A stretch of 64,000 bases of DNA. It comes from Thermodesulfobacteriota bacterium (GTDB taxonomy: Bacteria; Desulfobacterota; Desulfobacteria; Desulfobacterales; SURF-7). Below, piece after piece: positions 17,574 through 28,257 of this stretch. Location of the stretch: contig JBMORA010000027.1 of NCBI GenBank assembly GCA_049320885.1, positions 1 through 64,000 on the forward strand, written 5' to 3'. Both the position numbers and the translations under genes were made by a program. Under the pieces are notes generated by a model. That model saw nothing but the letters and a program-made list of their open reading frames with translations. It was not told the origin of the DNA and did not search any database. Position 1 is the stretch's first letter; the number at the start of each line of letters is the position of its first letter.

Positions 17574-18704
17574 CTATACCATTTCCACGAACCGGTCGAC
17601 GATGCTGTCCAGAAGCAGCATGCCCGCGGTGGTCAGGCGGCAGTTGTCCGCGGTCGCGACGAGCAGGCCGGTCTTGTCCAGGCTTTCGACAGCCGGGCCG
17701 AACCGTTTCCCAAACCCCACGCCGAACCGTTTTTCAAATTCCCCCAGGTCGATGCCCCGCGCTTGACGAAAGCCCAGAAAAATCGCCTCCATCATTTGCT
17801 GCCGGGGGTTCAGGATTTCCTCCGCCGCCACGGGTAAACGGCCGGATTCCAGGGCCGCCAGCCAGCGTTCCAGATCCCGGTGGTTCCAGTACCGGCGTTT
17901 TCCCCGCAGGGAATGGGCCGAGGGCCCCAGACCGCAATAGGGGGCAAAGGACCAGTATTTCCGGTTGTGGCGCGACCGGTAACAGGGCCGCCGGGCGAAA
18001 TTCGAAATTTCATAATGCTCCCAGCCCCGGTCTGTCAGGAAGGCGGCGGTTGTCCGGAAGAGCCGGGCCGCGCCTCCATCCGGCAGAACGGTGAAAGCGC
18101 CGCTGTCGCGCCTTGCGGTCAGGGGGGTGCCGGGTTCATAGGACAGCAGGTAGCAGGACAGATGTTCCGGCGCGTATTCCCAGGCCTGGCGCAGGTCCTC
18201 CGTCCAATCCGCCTCGGACTGACCGGGAAGGCCGTAGATCAGATCGAGGCCGATGTTGTCGAAGCCGGCCTCGCGGGCGGCCGGGATAAGGGCGCGGGCC
18301 TGTTCCGCGGTATGAATCCGTCCCAGAAAAGACAGGTTGCGGTCCGAAAACGACTGGACGCCGATGCTCAGGCGATTGACGCCGGCTTTGCGATAGCCCG
18401 CCAGGGTTTCCTCCGTCACCGTGCCCGGATTGACCTCCAGGGTGATTTCCGCGGGTTCCCGCAACCGATGACTGCGGCGGATGACGGACAGCAGCCCGGC
18501 GATGGCTTCCGGGGGGATCAGGGAAGGCGTGCCGCCGCCGAAATATACCGTGTCGCAGGGGAATCCGTTTTCCCCGGTGAGCAGGATTTCCCGTTCCAGG
18601 GCTTTCAGGAAGTCCGGCAGCCGGGTCCGGTCCGCCAGGGAGTAAAAATCGCAATAGGCGCATTTTTTCAGGCAAAAAGGGATGTGGACGTACAGGCCGC
18701 CCAT
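17574..18704 (-). CDS. hemW: Radical SAM heme chaperone HemW (HemN-like)
   Basis: LYVHIPFCLKKCAYCDF, FGGGTPS, YEISNF, HNRKYW. Confidence 0.9.
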   Translation of the reverse strand: MGGLYVHIPFCLKKCAYCDFYSLADRTRLPDFLKALEREILLTGENGFPCDTVYFGGGTPSLIPPEAIAGLLSVIRRSHRLREPAEITLEVNPGTVTEETLAGYRKAGVNRLSIGVQSFSDRNLSFLGRIHTAEQARALIPAAREAGFDNIGLDLIYGLPGQSEADWTEDLRQAWEYAPEHLSCYLLSYEPGTPLTARRDSGAFTVLPDGGAARLFRTTAAFLTDRGWEHYEISNFARRPCYRSRHNRKYWSFAPYCGLGPSAHSLRGKRRYWNHRDLERWLAALESGRLPVAAEEILNPRQQMMEAIFLGFRQARGIDLGEFEKRFGVGFGKRFGPAVESLDKTGLLVATADNCRLTTAGMLLLDSIVDRFVEMV

Positions 18705-18751
18705 GGGCTCCCCCACGGGTTCAGGGCCGGCACCGCACGATTCCCGTTCCA

Positions 18752-19369
18752 TCAGCCCGCAACCGGCGTTTCCGCTTCCGGCCCGTTTTCAGGCGCGATC
18801 CGGGAACGTTCCCGCGGATGTTTTTCGGAACCCAGTCCGAGCTCCATTCCGAGCTGGAGAGCCTGCCGGTTGATTTCCCGGAATTCCGGCGGAACCCGGT
18901 CGGCCAGCACCTTCAACACCGATTCGGGACGGACGATGTCCGTGAGACTGATCACCGCTCCCAGCATGCAGATGTTCAGGGTCAACGGATTGCCGATTTT
19001 CGCCATGACGGTATCCTGCAGGGGCAGTTCCCGCTGACGGGCATCGGCCTTGCGCTCGGTTTTCACATGGCGGGTGTCGGTGATCAGGAGGCCGCCGGGC
19101 CGGATGATGGCGTAGAATTTATTGTAGGCCTGCTGGGTCAGGCAGACCAGCACATTGGGCTGGGTCACCTTGGGAAAATGGATGGGCGCATCGGAAATGA
19201 TCACGTCGGAGCGGGCCGCGCCGCCCCTGGCTTCCGGCCCATAGGCCTGGGACTGGATGGCCAGCAGGTTTTCGTGCAGGACGGCCGCCTCGGCCAGGAT
19301 GATGGCGGCGGTGATGACCCCCTGCCCGCCGGAACCCGAAAACACCATGCGGCATCTTTCCATAATCAA
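18752..19369 (-). CDS. 2-oxoacid:ferredoxin oxidoreductase gamma subunit
   Basis: GSGGQG, YGPEARGG, NICMLGA. Confidence 0.92.
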   Translation of the reverse strand: MIMERCRMVFSGSGGQGVITAAIILAEAAVLHENLLAIQSQAYGPEARGGAARSDVIISDAPIHFPKVTQPNVLVCLTQQAYNKFYAIIRPGGLLITDTRHVKTERKADARQRELPLQDTVMAKIGNPLTLNICMLGAVISLTDIVRPESVLKVLADRVPPEFREINRQALQLGMELGLGSEKHPRERSRIAPENGPEAETPVAG

Positions 19370-20169
19370 CCCTCCCGTCTCGCCCTGGCAATGAGGTTGT
19401 CGTATTCCGCGCAGTACTCCGGCAATTCCTTTTCCACAAAGATCCCCCGTTCGACGAGTTCGGGATTTTCCTGCTTGGCCTTGGAACCGATGGGGGCGGT
19501 ATGGGTTTTAAAATATTCCATCATCCGGACGGCGTCACCCATGCGGTTGCGACGGCCGAAATAGGTCGGGCACTGGGACATCACCTCCACCACGGAAAAG
19601 CCCTTGTGGAGGATGGCTTTTTCCAGGATGTCGATGAGCTGGGTGATGTGATAGGTGGTGGTGCGGGCCACGAAACTGGCACCGGCGGCCGCGGCCAGGG
19701 CCGCGATGTCGAAACCGGGATCGATGGTGGCATAGGGCGCCGTGGTGGCCAGCTGGCCGCAGCCGGTCAGGGGCGAGAACTGCCCGCCGGTCATGCCGTA
19801 GATCCGGTTGTTCATGACAATGGCGGTGATATCGATGTTGCGCCGGGCCGCGTGAATGAAATGATTGCCGCCGATGGCCAGGGCGTCCCCGTCACCCATG
19901 GGCACGATGAGCTTCAGCTCCGGCCGGCTCATCTTGACGCCGGTGGCGAAGGCCAGGGCGCGTCCGTGAATGGTGTGAAGGGTGTGAAAATCCACATAGC
20001 CTGAAATCCGCGAGGAGCAGCCGATGCCGGAAACCATGACGATCTCGTTCTTGTCGAGCCCCAGGTTTTCGATGGCCCGGAGCATCCCGTTCATGACCGT
20101 GCCGTGGCCGCATCCCGGGCACAGCATGTGGGGAAAGAAGCGTTCGCGGATATAGTCCCTTACCGGCAT
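19366..20169 (-). CDS. 2-oxoacid:ferredoxin oxidoreductase beta subunit
   Basis: CPGCG, SGIGCS, GDGD...NN TPP motif, YGMTGGQ. Confidence 0.93.
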   Translation of the reverse strand: MPVRDYIRERFFPHMLCPGCGHGTVMNGMLRAIENLGLDKNEIVMVSGIGCSSRISGYVDFHTLHTIHGRALAFATGVKMSRPELKLIVPMGDGDALAIGGNHFIHAARRNIDITAIVMNNRIYGMTGGQFSPLTGCGQLATTAPYATIDPGFDIAALAAAAGASFVARTTTYHITQLIDILEKAILHKGFSVVEVMSQCPTYFGRRNRMGDAVRMMEYFKTHTAPIGSKAKQENPELVERGIFVEKELPEYCAEYDNLIARARREG

Positions 20170-20172
20170 GTC

Positions 20173-21321
20173 CTATACTCCCTTCCCCTGGATCAGGCGC
20201 AGGATGTTGCGGATATCGGTGGGGGTGATATAGACCCCGTCTATGCGGTTGGCCAGGAACACTCGCTCGGGTTGGTCCACGGCGATCTTGACCTCCCGGA
20301 GGATCTGGCCCATGTTCATCTCCACCACCACCACATAGCGGGCCTGGGAACATTTGTCCCGGATCAGGCCGTAGGGAAAGGGCCAGAGGGTCTGCAACTC
20401 CAACAGGCCCAGCCGCTCCCCGCGCTGGCGCCGGTTTTCCACCAGGTGAAGGGCGGAGCGGGCCGCCGAGCCGTAAGAAATGAGAATGGTGGTGGCGTCC
20501 TCGAGATAATATTCCCGGGTGCGGGCCATGAGATGGACGTTGTTCTGGATTTTGTCCACCAGATGGCGCAGGAGGCCGTGGACCACCTGGGGGTTGTCCG
20601 AGGGGAACCCCCACATGTCGTGGAACAGACCGGTGACATTGTAGCGGTGGTCGCCGCCGAAATCCGACATGGGCAGGCGGCCGTCCTCCCGGGGCAGGTA
20701 GGGGTGATAGTCCACGTCCCTCCGGACCGTGGTTTTGAGGCGTTCCACCAGGGGCAGCTCCCCCGGCTCGGGCATGACCAGGCGCTCCCGCATGTGGCCG
20801 ATGACCTCGTCGAACAGCAGAATCACCGGTGTCCGATAGGTTTCGGCGATGTTGAAGGCTTCCACGGTGACGGAGAAAACGTCCTGATGGGAGGAGGCGG
20901 TCATGGCCACGATGGCATGCTCCCCGTGGGTTCCCCAGCGGGCCTGGTTCACGTCGCCCTGGCTGACACTGGTGGGCAGGCCGGTGGAAGGGCCGCCGCG
21001 CTGCACGTTCACGATGACGCAGGGGATTTCCGTCATCACGGCGTATCCCAGGGCCTCCTGCATCAGGGAAAAGCCGGGGCCGCTGGTGGCGGTCATGACC
21101 TTGCTGCCCGTCAGGCTTGCGCCGATGATGGCGCACAGGGAGGCGATCTCATCCTCCATCTGCAGGAATTTACCACCGGCCCGGGGCAGCCGCAGGGCCA
21201 TTTGTTCGGTGATTTCCGAGGAGGGGGTGATGGGATAGCCGGCAAAAAAATTGAGGCCGGCGTACAGAGCCGCTTCCACACAGGCTTCGTTGCCCTGGAG
21301 AAATTTGATGGTTTTGCTCAT
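20173..21321 (-). CDS. 2-oxoacid:ferredoxin oxidoreductase alpha subunit
   Basis: QGNEA, GYPITP, QMEDE, TATSGPG, QRGGPSTG, EMN. Confidence 0.93.
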   Translation of the reverse strand: MSKTIKFLQGNEACVEAALYAGLNFFAGYPITPSSEITEQMALRLPRAGGKFLQMEDEIASLCAIIGASLTGSKVMTATSGPGFSLMQEALGYAVMTEIPCVIVNVQRGGPSTGLPTSVSQGDVNQARWGTHGEHAIVAMTASSHQDVFSVTVEAFNIAETYRTPVILLFDEVIGHMRERLVMPEPGELPLVERLKTTVRRDVDYHPYLPREDGRLPMSDFGGDHRYNVTGLFHDMWGFPSDNPQVVHGLLRHLVDKIQNNVHLMARTREYYLEDATTILISYGSAARSALHLVENRRQRGERLGLLELQTLWPFPYGLIRDKCSQARYVVVVEMNMGQILREVKIAVDQPERVFLANRIDGVYITPTDIRNILRLIQGKGV

Positions 21322-21542
21322 GGTTCCTTTTCCCCCGCGGGTTTCAGCCGTATCTCCAGCGCCAGATCCGGGCAGCGCAGCTCGCAGAGCCGGCAGCCGT
21401 TGCAGTCTTCCGGCCTCGCCGCCACGGCTTTTTCCTCCCTGTCGAGTTCCAGTACCTGCCGGGGGCAGAAATGGACGCAGATCCCGCATCCCTTGCACCA
21501 CTCCCGGTTGATGATGATGGCTTCCAGTCCGGCACGGCTCAT
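21318..21542 (-). CDS. 4Fe-4S dicluster ferredoxin (delta subunit)
   Basis: CKGCGICVHFCP and CNGCRLCELRCP. Confidence 0.9.
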   Translation of the reverse strand: MSRAGLEAIIINREWCKGCGICVHFCPRQVLELDREEKAVAARPEDCNGCRLCELRCPDLALEIRLKPAGEKEP

Positions 21543-21552
21543 TCGGTTTTCC

Positions 21553-22719
21553 TCAGATAAACCGCTTCATCAGCTCATCGATGGCGGCGTCCACGGTTTC
21601 CGGGGTGATGCCGAAGCGCCGGCAGGCCTCCCCGGCCTGATGCAGCAGATGGGGCTGCTCCATGTCCCTTAGCCGGGAGAACAGTCCGAGCCGTCGGCCC
21701 ACCTGATACAGCATTTGACGCTCCTTCGGCAGGGCGAGAAAATCGCGCAACACCCCGAGCATTTTTTCACGGTCCCCCGGCAGCCGTCCCTGCACTTCCT
21801 CGAACAGGTTGAGGATGTGATCGCTCTTGACCATGCTGGTGACACCCGCGAGGTTTTCAATGAAGAGCAGGATTTCCGCCGCGGTCTCCACGTCGGAGCA
21901 TTTTTCAAACCGGCCGGATTCCCATTCCGCGTACAGGGGGACATTGTTCGGAATGGCCAGGGAACGCAGGCGGATAAAATCCGGGTTGATCTCACTGAGG
22001 GCCGCCGCGGTTTCCCGGGCATGAACCTCGGACAGGGCTTTCCCGCCGAGCCCCGGCATGACATATTCGGACAGCTCCATGCCGGCTTTTTTAACCTTGC
22101 GGCCGGCCAGGATGTGCTCGGCCCGGGTGGTGCCCTTCTGAACCAGCTGCAGGACGGCGTCGGCGCCGGATTCGAGACCGATGTGAATCCGGTTCAGACC
22201 GGCCGCGGCCATGGCCGCCAGGTCGTCATCCCCGATGCGGGCGATGGTGTGGGACCGGGCATAGGAGGTGACGCGTTTCACCCAGGGGAAGCGGTTGCGG
22301 AGATGGCGCAGGATGGTGATCAGCTCCCGGGGTTTGATGATCAGGCTGTTGGCGTCCTGGAGAAAAATGGATTCCATGCCGCCGGCCATCCAGTTCAGGG
22401 CGGCGTTCAGGGCCTGAAGTTCATCGGGGACCATGAGCCGCGCATCGCCGGCGATCAGGGCGCGGTCGATATACCCGTCTTTCCCGGCCAGCTTGCGGAG
22501 CTGTTCCACCTTGGCGTGAACCATGTCGATATCCCGGATGACATGGTCCACCGGCCGGAGACTGAAACGTTCGCCCTTGTAAACCGGGCAGAAGCCGCAA
22601 CGGTTCCAGGGGCAGTTGCGGGTGACCCGGATCAGCAGACTGCCGGCTTCACTGGGCGGACGGATCGGCCCCTGTTCGAAGCCCTCATAGGCCGGAACTT
22701 TTTTGGAAGGCACATTCAT
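21553..22719 (-). CDS. Radical SAM protein
   Basis: GPIRPPSE...CPWNRCGFC, GLESG, SDHILN; start placed at MNVPSKK. Confidence 0.85.
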   Translation of the reverse strand: MNVPSKKVPAYEGFEQGPIRPPSEAGSLLIRVTRNCPWNRCGFCPVYKGERFSLRPVDHVIRDIDMVHAKVEQLRKLAGKDGYIDRALIAGDARLMVPDELQALNAALNWMAGGMESIFLQDANSLIIKPRELITILRHLRNRFPWVKRVTSYARSHTIARIGDDDLAAMAAAGLNRIHIGLESGADAVLQLVQKGTTRAEHILAGRKVKKAGMELSEYVMPGLGGKALSEVHARETAAALSEINPDFIRLRSLAIPNNVPLYAEWESGRFEKCSDVETAAEILLFIENLAGVTSMVKSDHILNLFEEVQGRLPGDREKMLGVLRDFLALPKERQMLYQVGRRLGLFSRLRDMEQPHLLHQAGEACRRFGITPETVDAAIDELMKRFI

Positions 22720-22938
22720 GATACGATCGTATAGCATGAAACCGGAAGGTTGAAAATCAAGAAACAGATACGGGGATTCCGGAGATGGGAAAGACCGATT
22801 AGAGTCGCAAGATTGAATCTTTATATTGACACGAAGTGAGACAATATGCGACCATAACAGCCGTATCGCAATGCCGGTCGATTCTACAAGCGGCCTGATT
22901 GGCGGGAATAACGGCATTTGCTGCGAAGAAAGTTGGTT

Positions 22939-22954
22939 TGGCACGAAGCGTGCA
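22939..22954 (+). promoter_or_regulatory. sigma54 -24/-12 promoter upstream of the hdr cluster
   Basis: TGGCAC-GAAGC-GTGCA, canonical spacing. Confidence 0.65.
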
Positions 22955-23043
22955 AAAACAATCCAATTTCCCTTGCGGCGCGGTCTTGATGATGGCCGCA
23001 TGGGAGTCAGCGGAATGGACGGAGAAAGCAAATACCTGCTGGA

Positions 23044-23604
23044 ATGACTGACAATATGGACGAAAACCGGTATCGACAACTTTTTTTTGATATTACCGAC
23101 GCACATAAAATCCGCACCTGCATTCAATGCGGCACCTGCAGTGGATCATGCCCCCTGAGCAACCATATGGACCACGCCCCACGGGAATTGTTCGCCCTGA
23201 TCCGGGACGGGGAAATGACGGCGGTGCTGAAATCCAATACACCTTGGTATTGCGTTTCCTGCTACCAATGCATGGTGCGATGCCCCCGGGAAATCCCCGT
23301 GACGGATCTGATGTATGCCTTGAAGCGCATGGCGCTGGAAACCGGACACGCTCCGGGTTCCAGCAAGATGCCGGATTTCTATGATGCCTTTCGCGGTCTG
23401 GTGGAGAAGCAGGGTCGCATTACCGAGACTCTTGTTATGGCCCGATACGGCCTGCGGCATCCCGGAGACGCTCTCCGGCAGATTCCCCTGGCCCTGAGGC
23501 TGTTGCGGCGGAAACGCCTGGAACTATTGCCTCAACAGGTAAGAATCGCGACGCGATTCAGCCGCTTTCTGACTGCGGTTTCCGGAAGGAGGGAGAAACA
23601 GTGA
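23044..23604 (+). CDS. hdrC: Heterodisulfide reductase subunit C-like
   Basis: CIQCGTCSGSCP and WYCVSCYQCMVRCP. Confidence 0.88.
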   Translation: MTDNMDENRYRQLFFDITDAHKIRTCIQCGTCSGSCPLSNHMDHAPRELFALIRDGEMTAVLKSNTPWYCVSCYQCMVRCPREIPVTDLMYALKRMALETGHAPGSSKMPDFYDAFRGLVEKQGRITETLVMARYGLRHPGDALRQIPLALRLLRRKRLELLPQQVRIATRFSRFLTAVSGRREKQ

Positions 23605-24452
23605 GATACGGATTTTATCCGGGTTGCTCTTTCAAAGCCGCCGCCGGTTACCGTCAGTCGTTCGAGGCCCTGACCCGGGCAGTGGGAATGGAGTTCGTTG
23701 AAATTCCCGATTGGAATTGCTGTGGCGCCACCGTTTTTTTCGGTCTCGATGTTGCCAAGGCGGCTGCTTTGAGCGGTCGGGTTTTCGCTCTGGCCCAGGC
23801 CCATGGGTTTGACGAAATCGTCACCGGCTGCAATGCCTGTTACGCCACCCTGCGCAAGGCATCAAAACTGCTGGATGAAGACACCGATCGACTGGCGGCG
23901 ATCAACCGGGAACTTTCCGCCGAAGGACTGGCCCTCCAGAAAAGTCTGCCGGTCCGGCACCTCCTGCAGGTTCTGGCCCATGACCCTGCACCGGATTTCT
24001 GGGCGTCCAAAAGAATGGTCGGATTGGAAGCCATTCCAGTGGCAGGTTATTACGGCTGCCAGCTGACCCGACCTTTCGGCGACGTGGATGACCCGGAGCA
24101 GCCCGTCATGCTGGAACGCTTCATGGAAAATCTCGGTTTCAAACCCGTTTCCCACGGCGCCAAGACGCTTTGCTGCGGCGCTTCCCACGCCGTTCCTTAC
24201 GGTGACGAATGTTCCCCCCTGATCGCCCGGATTGTAAGCGGCATACACCGACAGGGCGCCAGGGCCATCGTCACCATCTGCCCGCTCTGCCAGTTCAATC
24301 TGGACCAGGGGCAGAAGCGCATTTCCGGCCTGCCGAGGTTGCCGGTGCTGTTTTTTACCCAGTTGGCCGGTCTGGCCCTGGGATTGACGCCTGAAGTACT
24401 GGGCTTGGATCGGTTGCTGGTTTCCGGACGAGGAGTGTTGAAGAAGCGATGA
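23601..24452 (+). CDS. hdrB: Heterodisulfide reductase subunit B-like (two CCG domains)
   Basis: YPGCS, DWNCCGA, CNAC, YYGC, CCGAS, CPLCQFNLD. Confidence 0.9.
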   Translation: MRYGFYPGCSFKAAAGYRQSFEALTRAVGMEFVEIPDWNCCGATVFFGLDVAKAAALSGRVFALAQAHGFDEIVTGCNACYATLRKASKLLDEDTDRLAAINRELSAEGLALQKSLPVRHLLQVLAHDPAPDFWASKRMVGLEAIPVAGYYGCQLTRPFGDVDDPEQPVMLERFMENLGFKPVSHGAKTLCCGASHAVPYGDECSPLIARIVSGIHRQGARAIVTICPLCQFNLDQGQKRISGLPRLPVLFFTQLAGLALGLTPEVLGLDRLLVSGRGVLKKR

Positions 24453-27400
24453 GCGTTTATCAAAAACCGAAAATCGGTGTATATATCTGCCACTGCGGCA
24501 TGAACATCGCGCCCAAGGTGGATGTGGAAGTCGTGGCCCGTTTTGCCGGAACCTTGGAACACGTGACCGTCGCCCGGGAGTACAAATTCATGTGTTCCAA
24601 TCCGGGGCAGGAATTGATTGTGGAGGACATCCGCAGGGGAACAGTGGACCGCGTGGTTGTGGCTTCCTGTTCTCCCCGCATGCACGAGCCGACTTTCCGC
24701 AAGGCCTGCGAGAACGCCGGATTGAACCCTTACTATTTCCAAATGACCAACATCCGGGAGCATTCCTCCTGGGTGACCCTCGATTCCGCCGACGCCACCG
24801 CCAAGGCCAGGGATCTGGTGGCCGGCGCCGTGGCCCGCGTGGCGTTTCACGCCCCCCTGATGACCCGATCGGTGACGGTCAAGAAATCGGTGTTGGTCGT
24901 CGGGGCCGGTATCGCCGGCATGCAGGCGGCCCTTACCGCGGCCGAAACCGGTTTCGAAGTCCACCTGGTGGAGCGGGAACCCTCCATCGGAGGGCATATG
25001 GCCAAGTTCGACAAGACGTTTCCCACATTGGACTGCGCCGCCTGCATTTCCACTCCCAAAACCGTCAGCATCGGGCAACATCCCCGCATCCGCCTGCATA
25101 CGTATGCGGAAGTAGTCCGGGTTGAAGGGTTCGTGGGGAATTACCTCGTCACCATCCGCCAGAAACCCAGGCATGTGCTTGGAGACAAGTGCACGGGCTG
25201 CGGTCTGTGCGCCGAGGCATGTCCGGTGGACCTGGTCAACGAATTTGATCAGGGACTCAGCCGTCGCAAGGCGGTTTACCGCTCCTTTCCCCAGGCCGTT
25301 CCCCTCACCTATTGCATCGATAAAAAAGACAAGGCCCCCTGCACCCGGACCTGTCCGGCAGGAGTCAATGTTCAGGGATATGTTCAGTTGATCGGCAGCG
25401 GCCGGTACGAAAAAGCCGTGCGTCTGATCATGGAGAGAATCCCCCTGCCGGGAGTCCTCGGACGGGTTTGCCCGCATCCCTGCGAAGCGGTCTGCCGTCG
25501 CCGGGAAGTGGATTCGGCGCTTTCCATCCGGGAATTGAAGCGCTTCGCCGCGGACAGCATCGACTGGGAAAAATTTTCGACTCCGGCTATAACAGAAACA
25601 AGCCGTAAAGTAGCCGTCGTCGGCTCCGGGCCGGCGGGGCTGACGGTGGCCTGCGACCTGCGGTTACGCGGTTACCAGGTGACCATTTTTGAAAAACTGC
25701 CGGTTCTCGGCGGTATGCTGCGGGTAGGAATCCCCGATTATCGCCTCCCCCCGGAGGTTCTGGATCGGGAGATCGGATATCTGCTGCGCCTCGGAATCAC
25801 CGCCAAAACGGGAATGGCCTTGGGTCGGGATTTTACTCTTTCCAGCCTTGCCGATGAACAATACGATGCCGTCTTCATCGGGATCGGCGCCCACGGCAGC
25901 CTCCGGTTGAACATTCCCGGTGAGGCGGACACCAAGGGGGTTATGGACGCCATCGATTTCCTGCGGTCGGTCAACCTCGGCGGAAGAGAGAAACCGGGCG
26001 ACAGGATCGTGGTCATCGGCGGCGGGAACGTGGCGGTGGATGCAGCCGGCGTGGCCAAACGGCTGGGAGCTCGAAGGGTCACCATGGTCTACCGCCGGTC
26101 CCGACAGGAAATGCCGGCCTATGATGAGGAAATCAAGGGAGTTTTGGAAGAGGGAGTGACGCTCTCCTGCCTTACGGCCCCTGTCCGCATTCTCGTGGAA
26201 AAGGGAAAAGTCATCGGCATTGAATGCCTGCGGACATCCCTTGGAGCGCCGGATCAAAGCGGGCGCAGGCGTCCGGTGCCGGTGCCGGGTTCGGAGTTTG
26301 TCATCCCCTGCGACGCGATCATCCCGGCCATCGGACAGCGCATCGATGCTCCCTGGGCCGATCAGGAAGCCGGTCTGACCTGGGGATCGGACCGGACGCT
26401 TCTGGTTTCGCAGGGCAGCATGCAGACCAGCCTGCCGCATGTCTTCGCCGGCGGCGACGTGGTCAGCGGTCCGGCCACGGTCATTGAAGCCGTTGCCGCG
26501 GGGCATCGGGCCGCCGATGCCATGCACCGGTATCTGCAGGGGCAAGGGGATACCATCTCGACGGGACCGACCGGTTCCGGTTTGCAGCCGGAAAATAACT
26601 GGCAGCCGATTCCAAAGCTTTCGGCGGCCAAAGTCCGCGCCGAAGTCCGGCATCTGCCGGCGGAAGAGCGAGCCGGATCCTTTGACGAAATCAATCCGGG
26701 GCTGGATGAAGCGGCAGCCCTGGCCGAGGCTTCTCGCTGCGTCAATTGCGGCGGATGCAGCGAATGCATGGAATGCGTGGCCGCCTGTGAAGTGAAGGCC
26801 ATCGATCATTCCATGGCGGAAAAAACCATCCAGGTGGAAGCCGGCGCCCTGATCCTGGCTACCGGTTTCAAAACGTTTGATCCGACGCCGCTTACCAATT
26901 ATGGCTACGGTCGTTTCCCGGAAGTTTACACCAGCCTGGAATTCGAGCGACTGAACAACGCCACCGGGCCGACCGCCGGAAAAATCCTGATGAAGGACGG
27001 GCGGCCGCCCAGGCGGGTGGCGATCGTTCATTGCATCGGTTCCCGGGACAGCCGTCACCACAAGTACTGCTCCCGGGTCTGTTGCATGTATTCCATGAAA
27101 TTCGCCCATCTGGTCCGCGAGAAGACCGGCGCGGAAGTCTGGGAGTACTACATCGATATCCGGGCTCCCGGGAAACTGTACGAGGAATTCTACAACCGGG
27201 TCCAGGAAGAGGGCGTCCATTTCATCCGCGGCAAGGTAGCCGAGATCACCGATATCGCCGACCGTCCCGAGGATAACGGCCGTTTGACGGTGGTGGCGGA
27301 AAACACCCTGACCCGCCGAACTTCCCGAATACCGGTGGACATGGTGGTTCTGAGCGTCGGTCTCACTCCGGCGGATGGGGCAGGCGAAGTCGGAAAAATG

Positions 27401-27826
27401 ACAGGGGTTTCCCGGGACGGCGACGGCTGGTTCACCGAGTTGCACGCCAAGCTGGCGCCGGTGGCCACGCCGGTGAACGGAATTTTCCTGGCCGGCTGCT
27501 GTCAGGGCCCCAAGGACATCCCCGATACCGTGGCCCAGGCCATGGCGGCCGCCGGCGAGGCCGGCGCCCTGCTCTCCAAGGGAACGGTGAGCACCCGGGC
27601 GGAGATCTCCCATATCGATCCGGATCTGTGCAGCGGCTGCCGCACCTGCATGACCGTCTGCGCCTATTCCGCCATCCGCTTCGACGAGGCCCTGAATGTG
27701 GCCAAGGTCAACGAGGTGCTGTGTCAGGGATGCGGCAGCTGCGCCGCCGCCTGCCCCGGCAGCGCCGCCACGGTCCGGCATTTCACTGACCGACAGATCA
27801 TGGAGGAAATTGAGGCGATACTATGA
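24449..27826 (+). CDS. hdrA: HdrA-like flavoprotein with an inserted GltD-like NAD(P)-binding module (HdrL-type)
   Basis: GVYICHCG, CSPRMHE, GAGIAG, DKTFPTLDCAAC, insert GRVCPHPCE/GSGPAG/GGGNVA, CSRVCCMY, C-terminal ferredoxin. Confidence 0.9.
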   Translation: MSVYQKPKIGVYICHCGMNIAPKVDVEVVARFAGTLEHVTVAREYKFMCSNPGQELIVEDIRRGTVDRVVVASCSPRMHEPTFRKACENAGLNPYYFQMTNIREHSSWVTLDSADATAKARDLVAGAVARVAFHAPLMTRSVTVKKSVLVVGAGIAGMQAALTAAETGFEVHLVEREPSIGGHMAKFDKTFPTLDCAACISTPKTVSIGQHPRIRLHTYAEVVRVEGFVGNYLVTIRQKPRHVLGDKCTGCGLCAEACPVDLVNEFDQGLSRRKAVYRSFPQAVPLTYCIDKKDKAPCTRTCPAGVNVQGYVQLIGSGRYEKAVRLIMERIPLPGVLGRVCPHPCEAVCRRREVDSALSIRELKRFAADSIDWEKFSTPAITETSRKVAVVGSGPAGLTVACDLRLRGYQVTIFEKLPVLGGMLRVGIPDYRLPPEVLDREIGYLLRLGITAKTGMALGRDFTLSSLADEQYDAVFIGIGAHGSLRLNIPGEADTKGVMDAIDFLRSVNLGGREKPGDRIVVIGGGNVAVDAAGVAKRLGARRVTMVYRRSRQEMPAYDEEIKGVLEEGVTLSCLTAPVRILVEKGKVIGIECLRTSLGAPDQSGRRRPVPVPGSEFVIPCDAIIPAIGQRIDAPWADQEAGLTWGSDRTLLVSQGSMQTSLPHVFAGGDVVSGPATVIEAVAAGHRAADAMHRYLQGQGDTISTGPTGSGLQPENNWQPIPKLSAAKVRAEVRHLPAEERAGSFDEINPGLDEAAALAEASRCVNCGGCSECMECVAACEVKAIDHSMAEKTIQVEAGALILATGFKTFDPTPLTNYGYGRFPEVYTSLEFERLNNATGPTAGKILMKDGRPPRRVAIVHCIGSRDSRHHKYCSRVCCMYSMKFAHLVREKTGAEVWEYYIDIRAPGKLYEEFYNRVQEEGVHFIRGKVAEITDIADRPEDNGRLTVVAENTLTRRTSRIPVDMVVLSVGLTPADGAGEVGKMTGVSRDGDGWFTELHAKLAPVATPVNGIFLAGCCQGPKDIPDTVAQAMAAAGEAGALLSKGTVSTRAEISHIDPDLCSGCRTCMTVCAYSAIRFDEALNVAKVNEVLCQGCGSCAAACPGSAATVRHFTDRQIMEEIEAIL

Positions 27827-28245
27827 CTGCTTTCGAACCCAAAATCATCGCGCTGGTCTGTAACTGGTGCACCTATACAGCCGCTGACCTGGCCGGCACT
27901 TCCCGGTTGTCCTATCCGGCCAACATCCGCATCGTCCGCCTGATGTGCAGCGGCATGATCGACAGCAAATATGTGCTCAAGGCGTTTCTCGAAGGCGCCG
28001 ACGGCGTGTTCATCGGCGGATGCCATCCGGGGGATTGCCACTATATCGACGGCAACCTCAAGGCCGTCAAGCGCATGGACGGCATCGGCGCGATCCTGAC
28101 CCGCTTCGGGTTCGAACCCGAACGGTTCCGGCTCCGTTGGATCGGCGCCAGCGAGGGGCCGGAGTTTCAACACAACATGACCGAATTCGTCGAGACGATC
28201 AAGGCCCTGGGACCCAGCCCGATCGCCGACCGGATGATTCTGTAA
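27823..28245 (+). CDS. mvhD: MvhD/FlxD 2Fe-2S subunit
   Basis: CNWCTYTAAD, MCSG, GADGV, GCHPGDCHY. Confidence 0.92.
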   Translation: MTAFEPKIIALVCNWCTYTAADLAGTSRLSYPANIRIVRLMCSGMIDSKYVLKAFLEGADGVFIGGCHPGDCHYIDGNLKAVKRMDGIGAILTRFGFEPERFRLRWIGASEGPEFQHNMTEFVETIKALGPSPIADRMIL

Positions 28246-28257
28246 GCGAGGTATTTC

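Noticed and set aside
24449..28245. Selenocysteine in HdrA or MvhD
   Set aside because: The positions that are often Sec (DCAAC, CNWC, GCH) are Cys codons and the frames are uninterrupted.
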